A stretch of 64,000 nucleotides of DNA from the human T2T-CHM13v2.0 reference genome, Homo sapiens. Location of the stretch: the NCBI RefSeq assembly GCF_009914755.1, contig NC_060929.1. The stretch is one strand, 5' to 3'. The first letter of the stretch is position 1; every line of letters begins with the position of its first letter. A program made the translations under genes and the position numbers. The notes below the pieces were generated by a model. That model searched no databases and was not told where the DNA came from. It saw only the letters and a program-made list of their open reading frames with translations. Positions 1 to 13,834 of this stretch are shown here, in pieces.

Positions 1-369
1 ACACATAAATAGGTAGGTGCCTGAGTCTGAACTCATGAACATTCGTGGATGGAGTACATCATTGTCCCATTTGGCTCCACTTCAACTCACCCACTAAGGG
101 GATAACTCTAGTCCAATTCATTAACCCAAGGACACATAATCTGGGACTGACTGGGACAGGGAGCATGAGCCAAATGGAAAATGTGACTCCTGCAGGGTTT
201 TGCCACTGAGTGACTCCAGAGGGCTTCCAGTGCAGCTGGGAGCCAGGCTTCAGAACCAACCTGCCTCATCACAGCATGGCAAAGAAGAAACTGAACAAAA
301 GTACCAATGCATTACTATGCACACATGTCAGTCCCTGATTAAAATATAATTCTCAAAAGCCAAGGCCAC

Positions 370-736
370 TGCTATGGTTTGAATGCTTGTTTTCTCCAAA
401 AATTCATGTTGAAATTTAATTGCCATTGCAACAGTATTGGGAGGTGGGCACTTTAAGAGGCGCTTAGATCATGAGAGTTCCACCCTCATGAATGAAGTAA
501 TGTCGTTACTTCAGGAATCCCTTCAACCCCTCTTGCTCTCTATCACCCTCTTTTCCCTTCTGCCATGTGATGATTTCTGCAATGTTATGATGTAGCAAGA
601 AGGCCCTTGCCAGATACCAGCACCTTGATATTGGACATCCCAGCCTCCAGAACTGTAAACAAATAAATTTCTGGTTATTATAAATTATACAGTCTGTGAC
701 ATTCTGTTGTCATATCAGTACAAATGGGCTAAGACA
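370..736 (+). mobile_element. MaLR solo LTR (MST family, MSTC/MSTD-like)
   Basis: Starts TGCTATGGTTTGAATG and ends GGGCTAAGACA, with internal AATAAATTTCT; flanked by near-TSD GCCAC/GCAAC. Confidence 0.8.
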
Positions 737-1264
737 GCAACCCTACTCTCCTTGAAAAATTCTAGAATATCAAAGCTAACTCTCAAGGGCTCTCAGTGTT
801 GTGATTAGAATGGCTGCATAGTGCCCCAGACACATGACTTTCAGCTCAGGTTTTCTATCATATAACACTTAGCTCACAGCCTGCAGCAGCAATTGTGGCA
901 TGCCTTTGTCATTGCCAGACCATGAAGCCAGACACCAGTCAAAGCCAAGCCTGAGACCTGTTCTGAGACTTTATCAGGAGAATTGACACCAAGGGCTTTC
1001 AATTTGTTTTTACCTTGACACAGTAAGAAATACTTCATGCTATTCAGTAACAAACACTGTAAACACACACACACACACACACAAATAATCATAAAACCAA
1101 GACCAAAGTTTTACCCAAAAATAATGATTATACTTACAATACGCACGGTACTCCAAATTTTTCCAGTTTATTTTATTTGAATTTTAAATTTCTGGGTTTG
1201 ATCCACTAAGTTGATTTCAAGACCCAATGATTCACTATCTGTGGTTTAAAAAATAATCCCAATC

Positions 1265-1308
<44 letters not shown>
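1265..1308. repeat. Compound (TA)n(CA)n microsatellite
   Basis: Direct reading; a shorter (CA)n lies at 1063-1083. Confidence 0.95.
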
Positions 1309-1439
1309 GACCCCTAACTTGCTCAATACAGTTTCAAGACTGCCGAGTCCATGGAACAGAATGAAGGTGTGTGGTATAAACAATGAAATGCCTACCACAT
1401 ATGAGACTTTACATGCTCATTTAGATGTAGACAAGAATA

Positions 1440-1751
1440 TGACAAACATTCTTTGCTTGGCCAAACTTAGGCTCTGAATATTCTTCTAGGCCCGTCTGTA
1501 TACTTCCTAATAAAATCTAGTTTTAGCAATCTCTACTAGGTCAATTTAATAAGAAACCCTCCCACTCCCACTCTCACTCTCAATATCTTATCACTCTCAT
1601 ATTTGATTGGGTTCCTCATCCTCTACCATCCCCCATGAAATATCTGATTGGCCTGGCCCGTCTTCAACAAGGATCCTGTTGGATCAGTTTAGCCAGAATC
1701 TTCCTTAGCTCTGTTGTTTCCTACTAGTAATTTTCCATCCACTGACCCTTC
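1440..1751 (+). mobile_element. ERV1 LTR (MER31/MER67-like), 5' part, interrupted by HERV-H
   Basis: Starts TGACAAACATTCTTTGCTTGGCCAAACTT; the sequence resumes at 9241 after the HERV-H TSD. Confidence 0.7.
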
Positions 1752-2202
1752 TTTCACTCGCGTTCGCATGAAGAGACCACCAAATAGGCTTTGTGTGAGC
1801 AATAAAGCTTTTTAATCACCTGGCTGCATGCAGGCTGAGTCCGAAAAGAGAGTCAGTGAAGGGAGATGGGGTGGGGCCATTTTATAAGATTTGGGTAGGT
1901 AAAGGAAAATTACAGTCAAAGTGGGGTTGTTCTCTGGTGGGCAGGAGTGGGGGGTCACAAGGTACTCAGTGGGGGAGCTTTTTTGAGCCAGGATGAGCCA
2001 GGAAAAGGAATTTCACAAGGTAATGTCATCACTTAAGGCAAGGACCAGCCATTTTCATTTCTTTTGTGGTGGAATGTCAGTTAAGGCAGGAACAGGCCAT
2101 TTTCACTTCTTTTGTGATTCTTCAGTTACTTCACGCCATCTGGGCATACACATGCAGGTCACAGGGGATGCGATGGCTTAGCTTGGGCTCAGAGGCCTGA
2201 CA
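1752..2202 (-). mobile_element. 3' LTR7 of HERV-H
   Basis: Minus strand starts TGTCAGGCCTCTGAGCCCAAGCTAAGCC; preceded by the polypurine tract AAGAAGGCAGGAA (2203-2215). Confidence 0.95.
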
Positions 2203-2372
2203 TTCCTGCCTTCTTATATTAATAAGAAAAATAACATAAAATAGTATTGAAGTGTTGGGGCAGCAGAAAGAAATTTTTTTTGAGGGGGTGGCATGGAGAG
2301 ATAATGGGCGGTGTTTCTCAGGGCTGCTTCGAGCAGGATTAGGGGCGCCGTGGGAACCTAGAGTGGGAGAGA

Positions 2373-4125
2373 TTAAGCTGAAGGAAGATTTTGTGGTAAG
2401 GGGTGATATTGTGGGGTTGTTAGAAGAAACATTTGTCGTATAGAATGATTGGTGATGCCCCGGATACGGTTTTGGATGAATTGAGAAACTAAACAGAAGA
2501 TACAAGGTCTGAATAAAAGGAGAAAAATAGGTATTAAAGGACTAAGAATTGGGAGGACCCAGGACATCCAATTACAGAGTGCCCAATGAGGTTCAGTGTA
2601 ATTACTTGCTTGGTTGGCAAGTTTTTGGGCTCTATCCTTGAGTTTTTTTATGTTGTCATACACCAGGCTGGATTGATTTAGGTAAAAACAACACTCTTCA
2701 TTTAAGAATATACAGAGTCCTCCTTTTTCAGCAGTGAGTAAATCAAGGCCTCAGCGGTTTTGGAGGACAACTGTAGCTAAAGAGTCAACTTGGGCCTGTA
2801 GGGACTGATAAAGTTTGCGATATGTCTGTGATGCTAGCAGAGAAGTCATTAGAGAGGCTACAGAAGGTCATGACAGAGGTTGAAATGCCTGCTATTCCAG
2901 TACTGAGAGCAATAGTGGAGGCAGAAAGTCCTAAACCGACAAGCAAGGGAATTAATGGAATAACTCTTTTTTGTCATGTCAGTGTCATGAGGGGAACAGG
3001 GAGCTCTTCGGTCCCATTTGCAAATTGAATTTTGGGAGCAAGGAAAACTAGTGTGCATGTGCCTGTCCAATCAACAGGTAGACACATGTAGGTAGAGGAT
3101 CCACAGAGGAAGAAGAGACCTTGTGCGAGGCAAAACTGGAGTTGCAAAGTAAAAAGATGAGAAGGAGTGCTGAAAGGGATGTCTTGTACCCAGACTCCTA
3201 GGGATCCAGCTAGGGCGGCAGCCGTCAGAGGTTGTAATGGGGACTGATGGGGTAACTGCATAGAGGGGAAGGTTTGATTTTCATGGTGTATGAGAAAATG
3301 TTGAGTATCTACGAGCAACCTTTCACTGTTATTTTTGGGGCTGGGTATAAGTAAACAAGAAGAGGGCCTGGGAGGAGAGTCTGACGAGCAAGCGGAAGGT
3401 AGCTAAGGATGGAGTGAAATACAGGGTAAGTGTCTTCCTAAGCAATAATTACTGCTAATGTTTTTAAGTTTGCCAGTATTGATAGAGGGCTTGTCTGTAA
3501 TATGGAGCTGGAAGGCTCCAACAGTTTTAGTGATGTGTGTAGTTGGGCTCTGGAGATGAAGAGTAAAGGAACATCAAGAAGGTGAAAGGTTACCTAGGGG
3601 AATTCCAGTGTGTCTTTGCCGAGAGACACATAAAGGAGCGGCCATAGGAATAGTAGTTTGTGTTGTGAGAGGTCCAAATATAGGGGGAGTAGAGTTGATA
3701 TAAGGAGAAAGGTTTTTTAAGTAAGTGTGGAGGAGGTCAGCAGCTTGCTGATGTGAAATGTCTGGGGAGGTCTTGCTGCACCTGTCTAGAAAGTAAATGA
3801 GTTCTTCAGGAGGGTAAAGGTGAGGGCTGTTAAAGGAAGTTCGGAGGTGTAAGGAGACAGGAGATGTTGCCCAGTCTGCATGTAAGGCGGGGACAGCTGT
3901 GTAGACGCTGGAAGAAAGGGAAATGCAAAGCTAGCAGTTGTTCGATGAGGAGGGATTAGAAACAGCTAGGAGAGAATGGGTAAGGTTGATAGTGTGGTGG
4001 AGAGAGCTGGGGAGAGGTAGAGGGTGGCATAAGAATGGGAATGACGAAAAGAGTCAGTATAAAAGTAAAGAATAGAACTTCATCAGGGTGAAAGTATTGG
4101 AGAGTCCCCTGCCAGCAAAGATCAT
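2373..4125 (-). pseudogene. HERV-H env, full length but disabled
   Basis: Reads MIFAGRGLSNTFTLMKFYSLLLY... through C*LC, *QKR/VIPLIPLL, LQNR*GLDLLTAEKGGLC..EECC and the TM tail to QYHPLPQNLPSA*. At least 4 stops and a +1 frameshift near 2801. Confidence 0.92.
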
Positions 4126-4419
4126 CTATCTGCTCTAAGAGAGAGTTAAGAGTGGTGTTTTGGGGATAGCACTAAGAAATATCAGCTGTGATGGCTTGAA
4201 GAAACAGTGTAAACCAGCAGTGTAAACAAGAGTAGGGCATTTATAAGTAGTTAAGAATGGAGAATAGGAGTATGACTAGACAGAAGATAGTAGGGATGAC
4301 TAGTTTTTGGGGCTCGGTCCTAGTAGTGGGGGTGACTTTGTAAAGCCCTGTTGCAAAAAGTAGGGTAAGGATGAACAGACCTAATAGAATGAAGGGATGT
4401 GTTAGGCTCATAAGGGTTA

Positions 4420-6930
4420 CTACTGTTCTTCAGAAATACGAGTGAGTTTAAGGGAAGTAGGGGAGAGTGCTTGCGACTTCCAGGAGGAAGAGGAGGGATT
4501 AGGCTGGCTGTCCGATGGACACAGCTTTATTCTGGAATGGTAAACCCAGTGGGGAGGATCCTGCAGGCAGACGGCAGTTGGGGTACTACAGATGACTAAG
4601 TAGGGTCCGGTCCTTCGAGGTAGTAGAGTTTGAGGGGTCAGATTCTTAACAAGAACTGATCGTCCAGCTAGGGTGTCTTCATATTGCTGGGAATCTGGAG
4701 TAGGCAAGAGATTAGCAGCCTGGTGAATTTCCTGTCTAGCCTCCTGGAGGACTGGAAGATAGTTGCCTAGAGGGCTGGTGTCTGGGATGAGGTTGGGGCT
4801 GAGCAAGAAAGTGCATCCATATAAATGTTCAAATGGACCGTACCCTGTAGCATCTCGAGGACAGGCTCTAATTCTAAGAAGGGCAAGAGGTAAAAGTACT
4901 GCCTAATCCTTTTGAAGTTGGAGGCTGAGCTTGGTGAGGTGTGTCTTTAAAACAACATTAGTCTGTTCTACCTTTCCTGAAGATGGAGGACGGTAAGGGA
5001 TATGAAGGTTCCACTGAATACCAAGAGCCTGAGAAACTGCTTGGGTGATTTGACTAGTAAAGGCCGATCCATTATCAGACTGTATAGAGGTGGGAAGGCC
5101 AAACCGAGGAATTATGTCTGTCTGACAGAAGGGAAGAAATGACTGCGGTGGCTTTCTCAGACCCTGTGGGAAAGGCCTCTACCCATCCAGTGAAAGTGTC
5201 AACCCAGACTAAGAGGTATTTTAGTTTTCTGACTTGGGGCATGTGAGTATAGTCAATTTGCCAGTCCTGGGTGGGGGCAAATCCCTGAGATTGATGTGTA
5301 GGAAAGGGACGGGGCCTGAACAATCCCTGAGGGGTAGTAGAATAGCAGATCGATCATTGAGAAGTGATTTCTTTGAGGATAGATTTCCACAGTGGAAAGG
5401 AAATGAGAGGTTCTAAGAGGCGGGTAGTGGCTTGTACTATAGCATAGCCTGCCTTTGCTGGTGTGTGGTGATTAGGCCTGGTGGAACTGCCATCAATAAA
5501 CCAAATATGATCAGGGTGAGGAACAGGGAAGAAGGAAATATGGGGAAATGGAGTGAATGTCAGGTGGATCAGAGAGATACAGTCATGAGGGTCAGGTGTG
5601 GGAGGCCGGATTGAAGTCCGGGCCAGGAACAATGGTAACTGTGGGAGACTCAACAAAGAGTGAGTACAGCTGAAGGAGCTGGGAAGCAGAAAGTATATGC
5701 ACCAGGTATGAGGAAGAAAATAGATTTTGGAAGTTATGAGAACTGTAGAGAGTGAGTTGAGCATAGTTTGTGATTTTGAGGGCCTCTAAAAGTATTAAGG
5801 CAGCAGCAGCGGCTGCACACAGACATGAGGGCTAGGCTGAAATAGTAAGGTCAAGTTGTTTGGACAGAAAGCTATAGGGCGCGGTTCTGGCTGTTGTGTA
5901 AGAATTCTGACCACACTAACCATGCCTAGGAAGGAAAGGAGTTGTTGTTTTGTAGAAGGGATTGGGGTTTGGGAGATTAGCCGGACATGATCAGCAGAGA
6001 GAGCACATGTGTTTTTATGATAATTATGCTGAGATAGGTAACAGATGAGGAAGAAATTTGGGCTTGACTGAAGTAATGGGGGCTGTCTGTGAAGCTTTGC
6101 AGCAGTACAGCCTAGGTAATTTGCTGAGCCTGATGGCTGTCGGGTCAGTCCAAGTGAAAGCAAAGAGAGGCTGGAATGAAGGGTGCAAAGGAATAGTAAA
6201 GAAAGCATGTTTGAGATCCAGAACAGAATAATGGATTATGGAGGGAGGTATTGAGGATAGGAGAATATATGGGTTTGGCACCACAGGGTGGATAGGCAAA
6301 ACAATTTGGTTGATAAGACGCAGATTCTGAACTAACCTGTAAGCTTTGTCTGGTTTTAGGACAGGTGAAATGGGGTAACTGCAAGGGGAGTTTACAGGCT
6401 TTAAAAGGCTATGCTGTAGCAGGCGAGTGATAACAGGCTTTAATCCTTTTAAAGCATGCTGTAGGATGGGATATTGGCATTGAGCGGGGTAAGGGTGATT
6501 AGGTTTTAATGGGATGGTAATGGGCATGTGATTGGTTGCCAGGGAGGGAGTAGAGATGTCCTATACTTGTGGGTTAAGGAGGGGGGGATACGAGAGGAAG
6601 ACGCAAGGGAGGCTTTGGGTTGGGAAGAAGGGCGGCAGTGAGATGTGGCTGTAGCCCAAGAATAGTCAGGGAAGCAGATAATTTAGTTAAAATATCTCAG
6701 CCTAATAAGGGAACTGGGCAGGTGGGGATAACTAAAAGGAGTGCTGAAAGATTATTGTCTAAGTTGGCACCAGAGTTGGGGAGTTTTAAGAAGTTCAGAA
6801 GCCCGGCCGTCAATACCCACAACAGTTATGGAGGCAAGGGAAACAGGCCTTTGAAAAGAAGGTAATGTGGAGTGGGTAGCCTCTGTATTGATTAAGAAGA
6901 GGATGGATGGACTTACCCTCCACTGTGAGA
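4420..6930 (-). pseudogene. HERV-H pro-pol remnants with internal deletions
   Basis: Protease FLINTEATHST (degenerate DTGA, ~6870-6900); RT VLDLKHAFFTIPLHP..FAFTWTDP; RNase H WFIDGSS; integrase WQIDYTHMP..VDTFTGWVEAFPT. The RT YxDD region is missing (junction near 6062). Confidence 0.9.
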
Positions 6931-8250
6931 GTTACCTGAAGCTTGGCGCCCGTGATGGTCTAGGGGCTTCCAAGGCGATCGGGCAGTGTCAGTCTTCAGC
7001 CGCTAAGCCAAGAAAATCTGGGAAGGAGTCAGAGAGCCTTGGGCCAGAATTCCAGGGACCCCGGGAGTGGCTGCCAGGTGAGTTGAACAGTCCGATTTTC
7101 AATGGGGTCCTGCACAGATGGGACATGGCTTAGGAGGAATCCTGGTCTGTGGGCATTCCTTGGCCCAGTGGCCAGATTTCCAGCACTTGTAGCAAGCTCC
7201 TGGGGGAGGAGGTTCTGGAGGAACCCCTGGCAGCTATGGTTCAGGCATTTGGAGTTCTTGTGTGCTGGAGATATGGCTGGGGTTTGTCTCACAGTGGAGG
7301 CAAGGAATTGCAACTCAGAAATACATTGCTACTTGGCTGCCTCTACTTTATTATTGTACACCTTGAAGGTGAGGTTAATTAAGTCCTGTTGTGGGGTTTG
7401 AGGGCTGGAATTTAATTTTTGGAGCTTTATTTAATGTTGGGAGCAGATTGGGTAATAAAATAAAATGCATATTGAGAATAAGATGGCCTTCTGACCTTTC
7501 AGGGTCTAGGGCTGTAAAGCGTCTCAGGGTTGCTGCCGAACGAGCAATGAACTGGGCTGGGTTTTTCATATTTGTTGAAAGAGCCTAAACACTAACTGAT
7601 TTGGGAGAGGTTGGATAAAGAAAAAGGAGCATTAACCTTGACTATGCCTTTAGCTCCAGCCACCTTTTTAAGAGGAAATTGCTGGGCAGGTGGGGGAGGG
7701 CTAGTCACGGAACGAAATTGTAAGCCAGACTGGGTGTGAGGAGGGGAGGTGATAAAAGGATTATAGGGTGGGGGAGCAGAGGCTGAGGAAGAATTGGGAC
7801 CTGGCGAGGAGCAGCCTGGGGAGGAGGGGAGAGGTCAGATGGGTATATAGAAAAGGAAGATTAGAAAGACTCAGCGACACTTGGGGTTGGGACTGAGAGG
7901 ACAGGCGGGAGGGAAAGAAGGAGGATCTGGGACAAGTCGCATTGGGAACAGAGAGTAAGGAGGGAACAATGTGTAAAAGAATGCCTGGATGTCAGGCACC
8001 TCAGACCGTTTGCCTATTTTATGACAACAATTATCTAGATCTTGTAGGATGGAAAAATCAGAAGTGCAGTTTTCTGGCTATTTGGAACCACTGTCAAGTT
8101 TGTACTGGGGTGAAGCGGCATTATAGAAGAAAATAAGGTGTTTAGGTTTTAGGTCAGCTGTGAGTTGAAGAGGTTTTAAGTTCTTGAGAACACAGGCTAA
8201 GGGAGAAGAAGGAGGAATGGAGGTGGAAGGCTGCCCATAGTGAAGGAGGC
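6931..8250 (-). pseudogene. HERV-H gag remnant
   Basis: CCHC zinc knuckle [14 protein letters not shown] at ~7153-7194; frames are broken and the boundaries are approximate. Confidence 0.75.
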
Positions 8251-8761
8251 AAGCCCAGAGAAAAGAGAGAGTAGAGACATGGAAAGAAGGGGTCGGGGGT
8301 TCTTGCCCTCCAGAAAAGCGGTAGTTGCCACTAAGGGTGAAGGACCAAGGCAGGCGTCCCTGCATGGTCAGACACCTCTGAAACGTGGGTGAATAATCAG
8401 GCAGGCATCCCTGCAATGATTAAACACCAAGGTAAGGCTGCCTTCCCAAGTCCATGACCGGCGCCGGAGTTTTGGGTCCGCGGATAAAACACGTCTCCTT
8501 TGTCTCTACCAGAAAAGGAAAGGAACTGAAATTAAGAGAAGGGAGAGATTGAAGTGTGGTGCCAAGACTGAAAGGAGAAAGAGGTTGAGGGATAGTGAGA
8601 GAGGTTGGAGAAGAGAGTAAAAAGAGGCTGCTTACCAGATTTAAAATTGGTGAGATGTTCCTTGGGCAGGTTGGTCTGAGGACCTGAGGTCGTAGGTGGA
8701 TCTTTCTCACGGAGCAAAGAGCAGGAGGACAGGGGATTGATCTCCCAGGGGAGGTCCCCCA

Positions 8762-8779
8762 ATCCGAGTCACGGCACCA
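8762..8779 (-). other. Primer-binding site for tRNA-His
   Basis: Minus strand TGGTGCCGTGACTCGGAT, immediately inside the 5' LTR. Confidence 0.93.
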
Positions 8780-8781
8780 AA

Positions 8782-9235
8782 TTTTACTCGCGTTCGTGTG
8801 AAGAGACCACCAAACAGGCTTTGTGTGAGGAATAAAGCTTTTTAATCACCTGGGTGCAGGCGGGCTGAGTCTGAAAAGAGAGTCAGTGAAGGGAGATAGG
8901 GGTGGGGCCATTTTATAAGATTTGGGTAGGTAAAGGAAAATTACAGTCAAAGTGGGGTTGTTCTCTGGTGGGCAGGAGTGGGGATCACAAGGTGCTCAGT
9001 GGGGGAGCTTTTTTGAGCCAGGATGAACCAGGAAAAGGAATTTCACAAGGTAATGTCATCACTTAAGGCAAGGACCAGCCATTTTCACTTCTTCTGTGGT
9101 GGAATGTCATCAGTTAAGGCAGGAACAGGCCATTTTCACTTCTTTTGTGATGCTTCAGTTACTTCAGGCCATCTGGGTGTATATGTGCAGGTCACAGGGG
9201 ATGCGATGCCTTAGCTTGGGCTCAGAGGCCTAACA
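8782..9235 (-). promoter_or_regulatory. 5' LTR7 of HERV-H (promoter pointing towards lower coordinates)
   Basis: Direct repeat of 1752-2202 (about 23 substitutions and 3 indels by hand count), with a TATAAAA box and U3 tandem repeats. Confidence 0.93.
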
Positions 9236-9240
9236 CCTTC

Positions 9241-9417
9241 AATTGCTCCTTAGCTATAAATTCCCACTTGCCCATTCTGTATTTGGAGTTGAGCCCAATC
9301 CCTCTCTCCCACTTCAAGACCTGGTTGCAGTAATCCCTGTGCTTATCTTGATGATCCTGAATAAAGTCTTTGTTACCATGCTTTAACAAACATTATGGAA
9401 TAATTTTTTCTTTCACA
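9241..9417 (+). mobile_element. ERV1 LTR (MER31/MER67-like), 3' part
   Basis: TATAAA, AATAAAGTCTT and terminal TTTCTTTCACA; continues 1440-1751. Confidence 0.7.
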
Positions 9418-10180
9418 GATGCTAAGTAGAATTTAAGATCCTTTAATGAGATATGCCTGCACATAGTCGGAAAGTGTAGAGCATCACTCTCTAGCCCTGC
9501 TGTCTACCCATAGATGGAAAGGCAGAAAATGAATCTGAAATGGTTAATCTCTCTGTCTTTGTTTGTGCCCCATCATTTCTCACATAGTGTCTGTGTGTGT
9601 GTGTGTACATATATGTGTGTAACATAAACATGTTTTCTCTTTACAATTAGGCCCACATCTGATGTCAAGCCCTCCATCATACCTGATACCTTTAATTATC
9701 TACCCTGTTGAAAGTGTCCATTGCATAAGACTTTAGTTAAAAGCCCCAATAGGGTCTGGCACCGCTCGAGGCACCTGCTTTCTCTGTGCGCTCATAGTAA
9801 TTTGCATGTTCCTTTCCGACTGCCTTCCTCACAGTGGTAGCAATGGTTGCAGCAAAAACAGGCAAGTGGGTAACAAAAGATAGGAATCATGCCTCATTCA
9901 TCTTTGTATTTCCCGAATATAGCTTAGAGTCTGGGATATGACAGTTGTTCAGTATTTATTGAGTGAATGGATGATAGATGACATCAAAAGCCCTTTCTAT
10001 GTCCCTTACCTCAACCAAGCTAAGTATTGTACTGCAGTCTCTCATTGGGGAAAAATCTGCCTTTAAGGTAAATTATTTCCTTTAGTTCTAATTGTTTGGA
10101 TTTCTCTTGGAGTACTTCCTATTAGACAGTAGGACAAGAAGGACTACACATATGTATTCATTTGCTTAACAAACACATCT

Positions 10181-10500
<320 letters not shown>

Positions 10501-10679
10501 AGCAAATACATCTGTGTCCCTGCTATATGCTTATCCCTGTGCTAGTATAATACATGCTGTAAGCCCTTAATGTCTATTTGGATCAAGGAATTCATCATGT
10601 GAAATTCATATGTGAGATCCACACCAAAGCAGATTGTAAAACTCACTGCTTAATTCACCCTGCATCTTATTCAACATTA

Positions 10680-11042
<363 letters not shown>

Positions 11043-12596
11043 TTATTTTAATACATCAATATTACAATGGGATTCAAGTTTAAGGACAGTTCTTCCCCTC
11101 ACCTTCTCCTGTAGCCCTTTGAATATGTCTCAGCCTCAGGCAAAAATAATGTCTAAAATTTTAAACAAGGATTTATCATCTATAAAAGTAGTCATGTAGA
11201 TAATCTCAATTAATTCTCATAACAATTCTGTGAGGTAAGAGGGAGTCTATAGATTTAAAGCGACCTTGTCCTTCTTTTGTCTTCCTGGCCTTTAAGTCCA
11301 ATCATGAATTTTGGTGAAGTACAGCTTCGTTTCTGTACTGTTCCAGGACTGGTAAGTATCAGTAGATTGCTGGATTCTCAACATTGGCCAGCTTCCAAGA
11401 TTAGCCAGAATTTATTTCTGACAGCATTCTGTAAATTATGAATGCCAATTTAATTTCTCTTAACATCCTATGGCCCTGATCCCGTTTTTGAATTGGGCCA
11501 ACTGATATCGCTCATCTCTACCGTAAAGCATTAAAATATAGTACTTAGTGAATAATGTTCAGAGCAATGATATAATTCTTGTGGGGTTTTTACTCTTTTA
11601 AATATATATACTAAAGAAAAAGAATGTGTACACACATTTTATTGAATAGTTATTTTTAAACTGAGAGCAAAAGATGAAGAGAGATTTGTGTAAAGAGCTC
11701 CCTAAGAGAAAGCAAAGAGGCAGGAAGTGTGGAAGAAAGAATTGAAAACACAGACCTGTCAAATTCCACTGAGGCATCAAGGGAACCGATTAAATGTGGT
11801 GAATAGAAAGAACTCTTTCTTCCTATACATAATGCCCTGGTACTGACCCCATCCTGACTGAAGTTTAATATACTTTATATCTACCAATTTTGGGAAATAT
11901 TTCCATCACCTTGAACTAGGAGTCAAGGCTAGCTAAAAATAAAAATAAATTTTTTTTTAAATTAGATACAGTGATTTTGAATGGATTAAGATAGCATTTG
12001 AGTGTGTCGTGCCCTGAACAGACTTATCATCACTCACTGGGAGATGACTCCCTCATGTGATGCTGGGCTCCTGTAGTTTCTGTGTGGAGATGGCACTCTT
12101 TTACAAAGGCCATTGAAGTCAATTGTAGATATACTGTCAACCTGTAATGATCAAGCTTAACCATCTGCTTCAAACTGAATTCACAGCCTTATAGCTAAAA
12201 TTGAGAATCACCCTTTCAGGTTGGAAGGGCTGGTAAGTACATGAGAAAGGGATAAAATATGCGGTCATATAACTGATTAAAAAAAAAGGGTCAAATGGCC
12301 TTTCAAAATGATCCATTTCTTTGGCTTTACTGACTGTTCAAAACAGCATTTTGTGCAGACTGTATGGAAAGAAATAAAAGTCTAGTCATTCATATTTTAC
12401 CAGCTACTCTACACATCCCTAAAAGTTGACTTCATGGGGTTTAGATTTCTGTGGTGAAGAAGCCATATTGTCCTTCTGAAACCCATAGGAATCTTACGCA
12501 GACAAAACCCTCTCCACACTCTTCATGTGGAGACTGAACCTGGCCCACTGCACTACCTGTCAGAAGTGGAACTTGCACGGATGTATAAGACCCTGA

Positions 12597-12968
<372 letters not shown>

Positions 12969-13478
12969 CTAGAATCTTAAATCCCTGAACTTGATTTCTT
13001 ATTGGTAATTCTGTAGTATTTTGCTTAAAAAAGAACCCCATAATTGTGAAAACTTCAGGTTCCACACAACCTGGACCCACCAAGAACAAAGTCACTAGAG
13101 CAAATGAGGTAGATATTCTTATCTCTAGTAAGCTTCAGAGCCCATGATTGATGTTCCTCTTTCGGAGATATTTACACAGAGGCAGAGAGAAATAGAGATG
13201 GATGCTTCTTAGTTTCTGCTCTCATCTGTGATTCTATGGTCTGAAGAGCTATATGCATTGATCCTTCTCAATTGTGGCTTAATCTGGATCCAGAAACCCT
13301 CTCTGAAAGAGGCTAACTAAGGAAATAGAACCTGGACCTTTTCTTCTGCAGTTAGCAAGAAAGAAGTTCTCAAGTTTGCATGTGAGATCCCAAAAGATAA
13401 ACTTCTTCCATGATCACTACCCTTTCATTTGCTAACATGGCAAGTAGAGGCTGAACATTCGAATACAGAATGTCTTCA

Positions 13479-13834
<356 letters not shown>

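Larger units (their letters stand above)
1752..9235 (-). mobile_element. HERV-H provirus (LTR7-HERVH-int-LTR7), 7484 bp
   Basis: Two ~450-bp direct-repeat LTRs, perfect 5-bp TSD CCTTC (1747-1751, 9236-9240), tRNA-His PBS, PPT, and gag/pro/pol/env remnants. Confidence 0.97.

Noticed and set aside
11297-11351. Candidate 55-nt plus-strand exon (pyrimidine tract + AG ... CTG|GTAAGT)
   Set aside because: Splice-like signals of this strength arise by chance in 64 kb; no partner exon or recognisable peptide.
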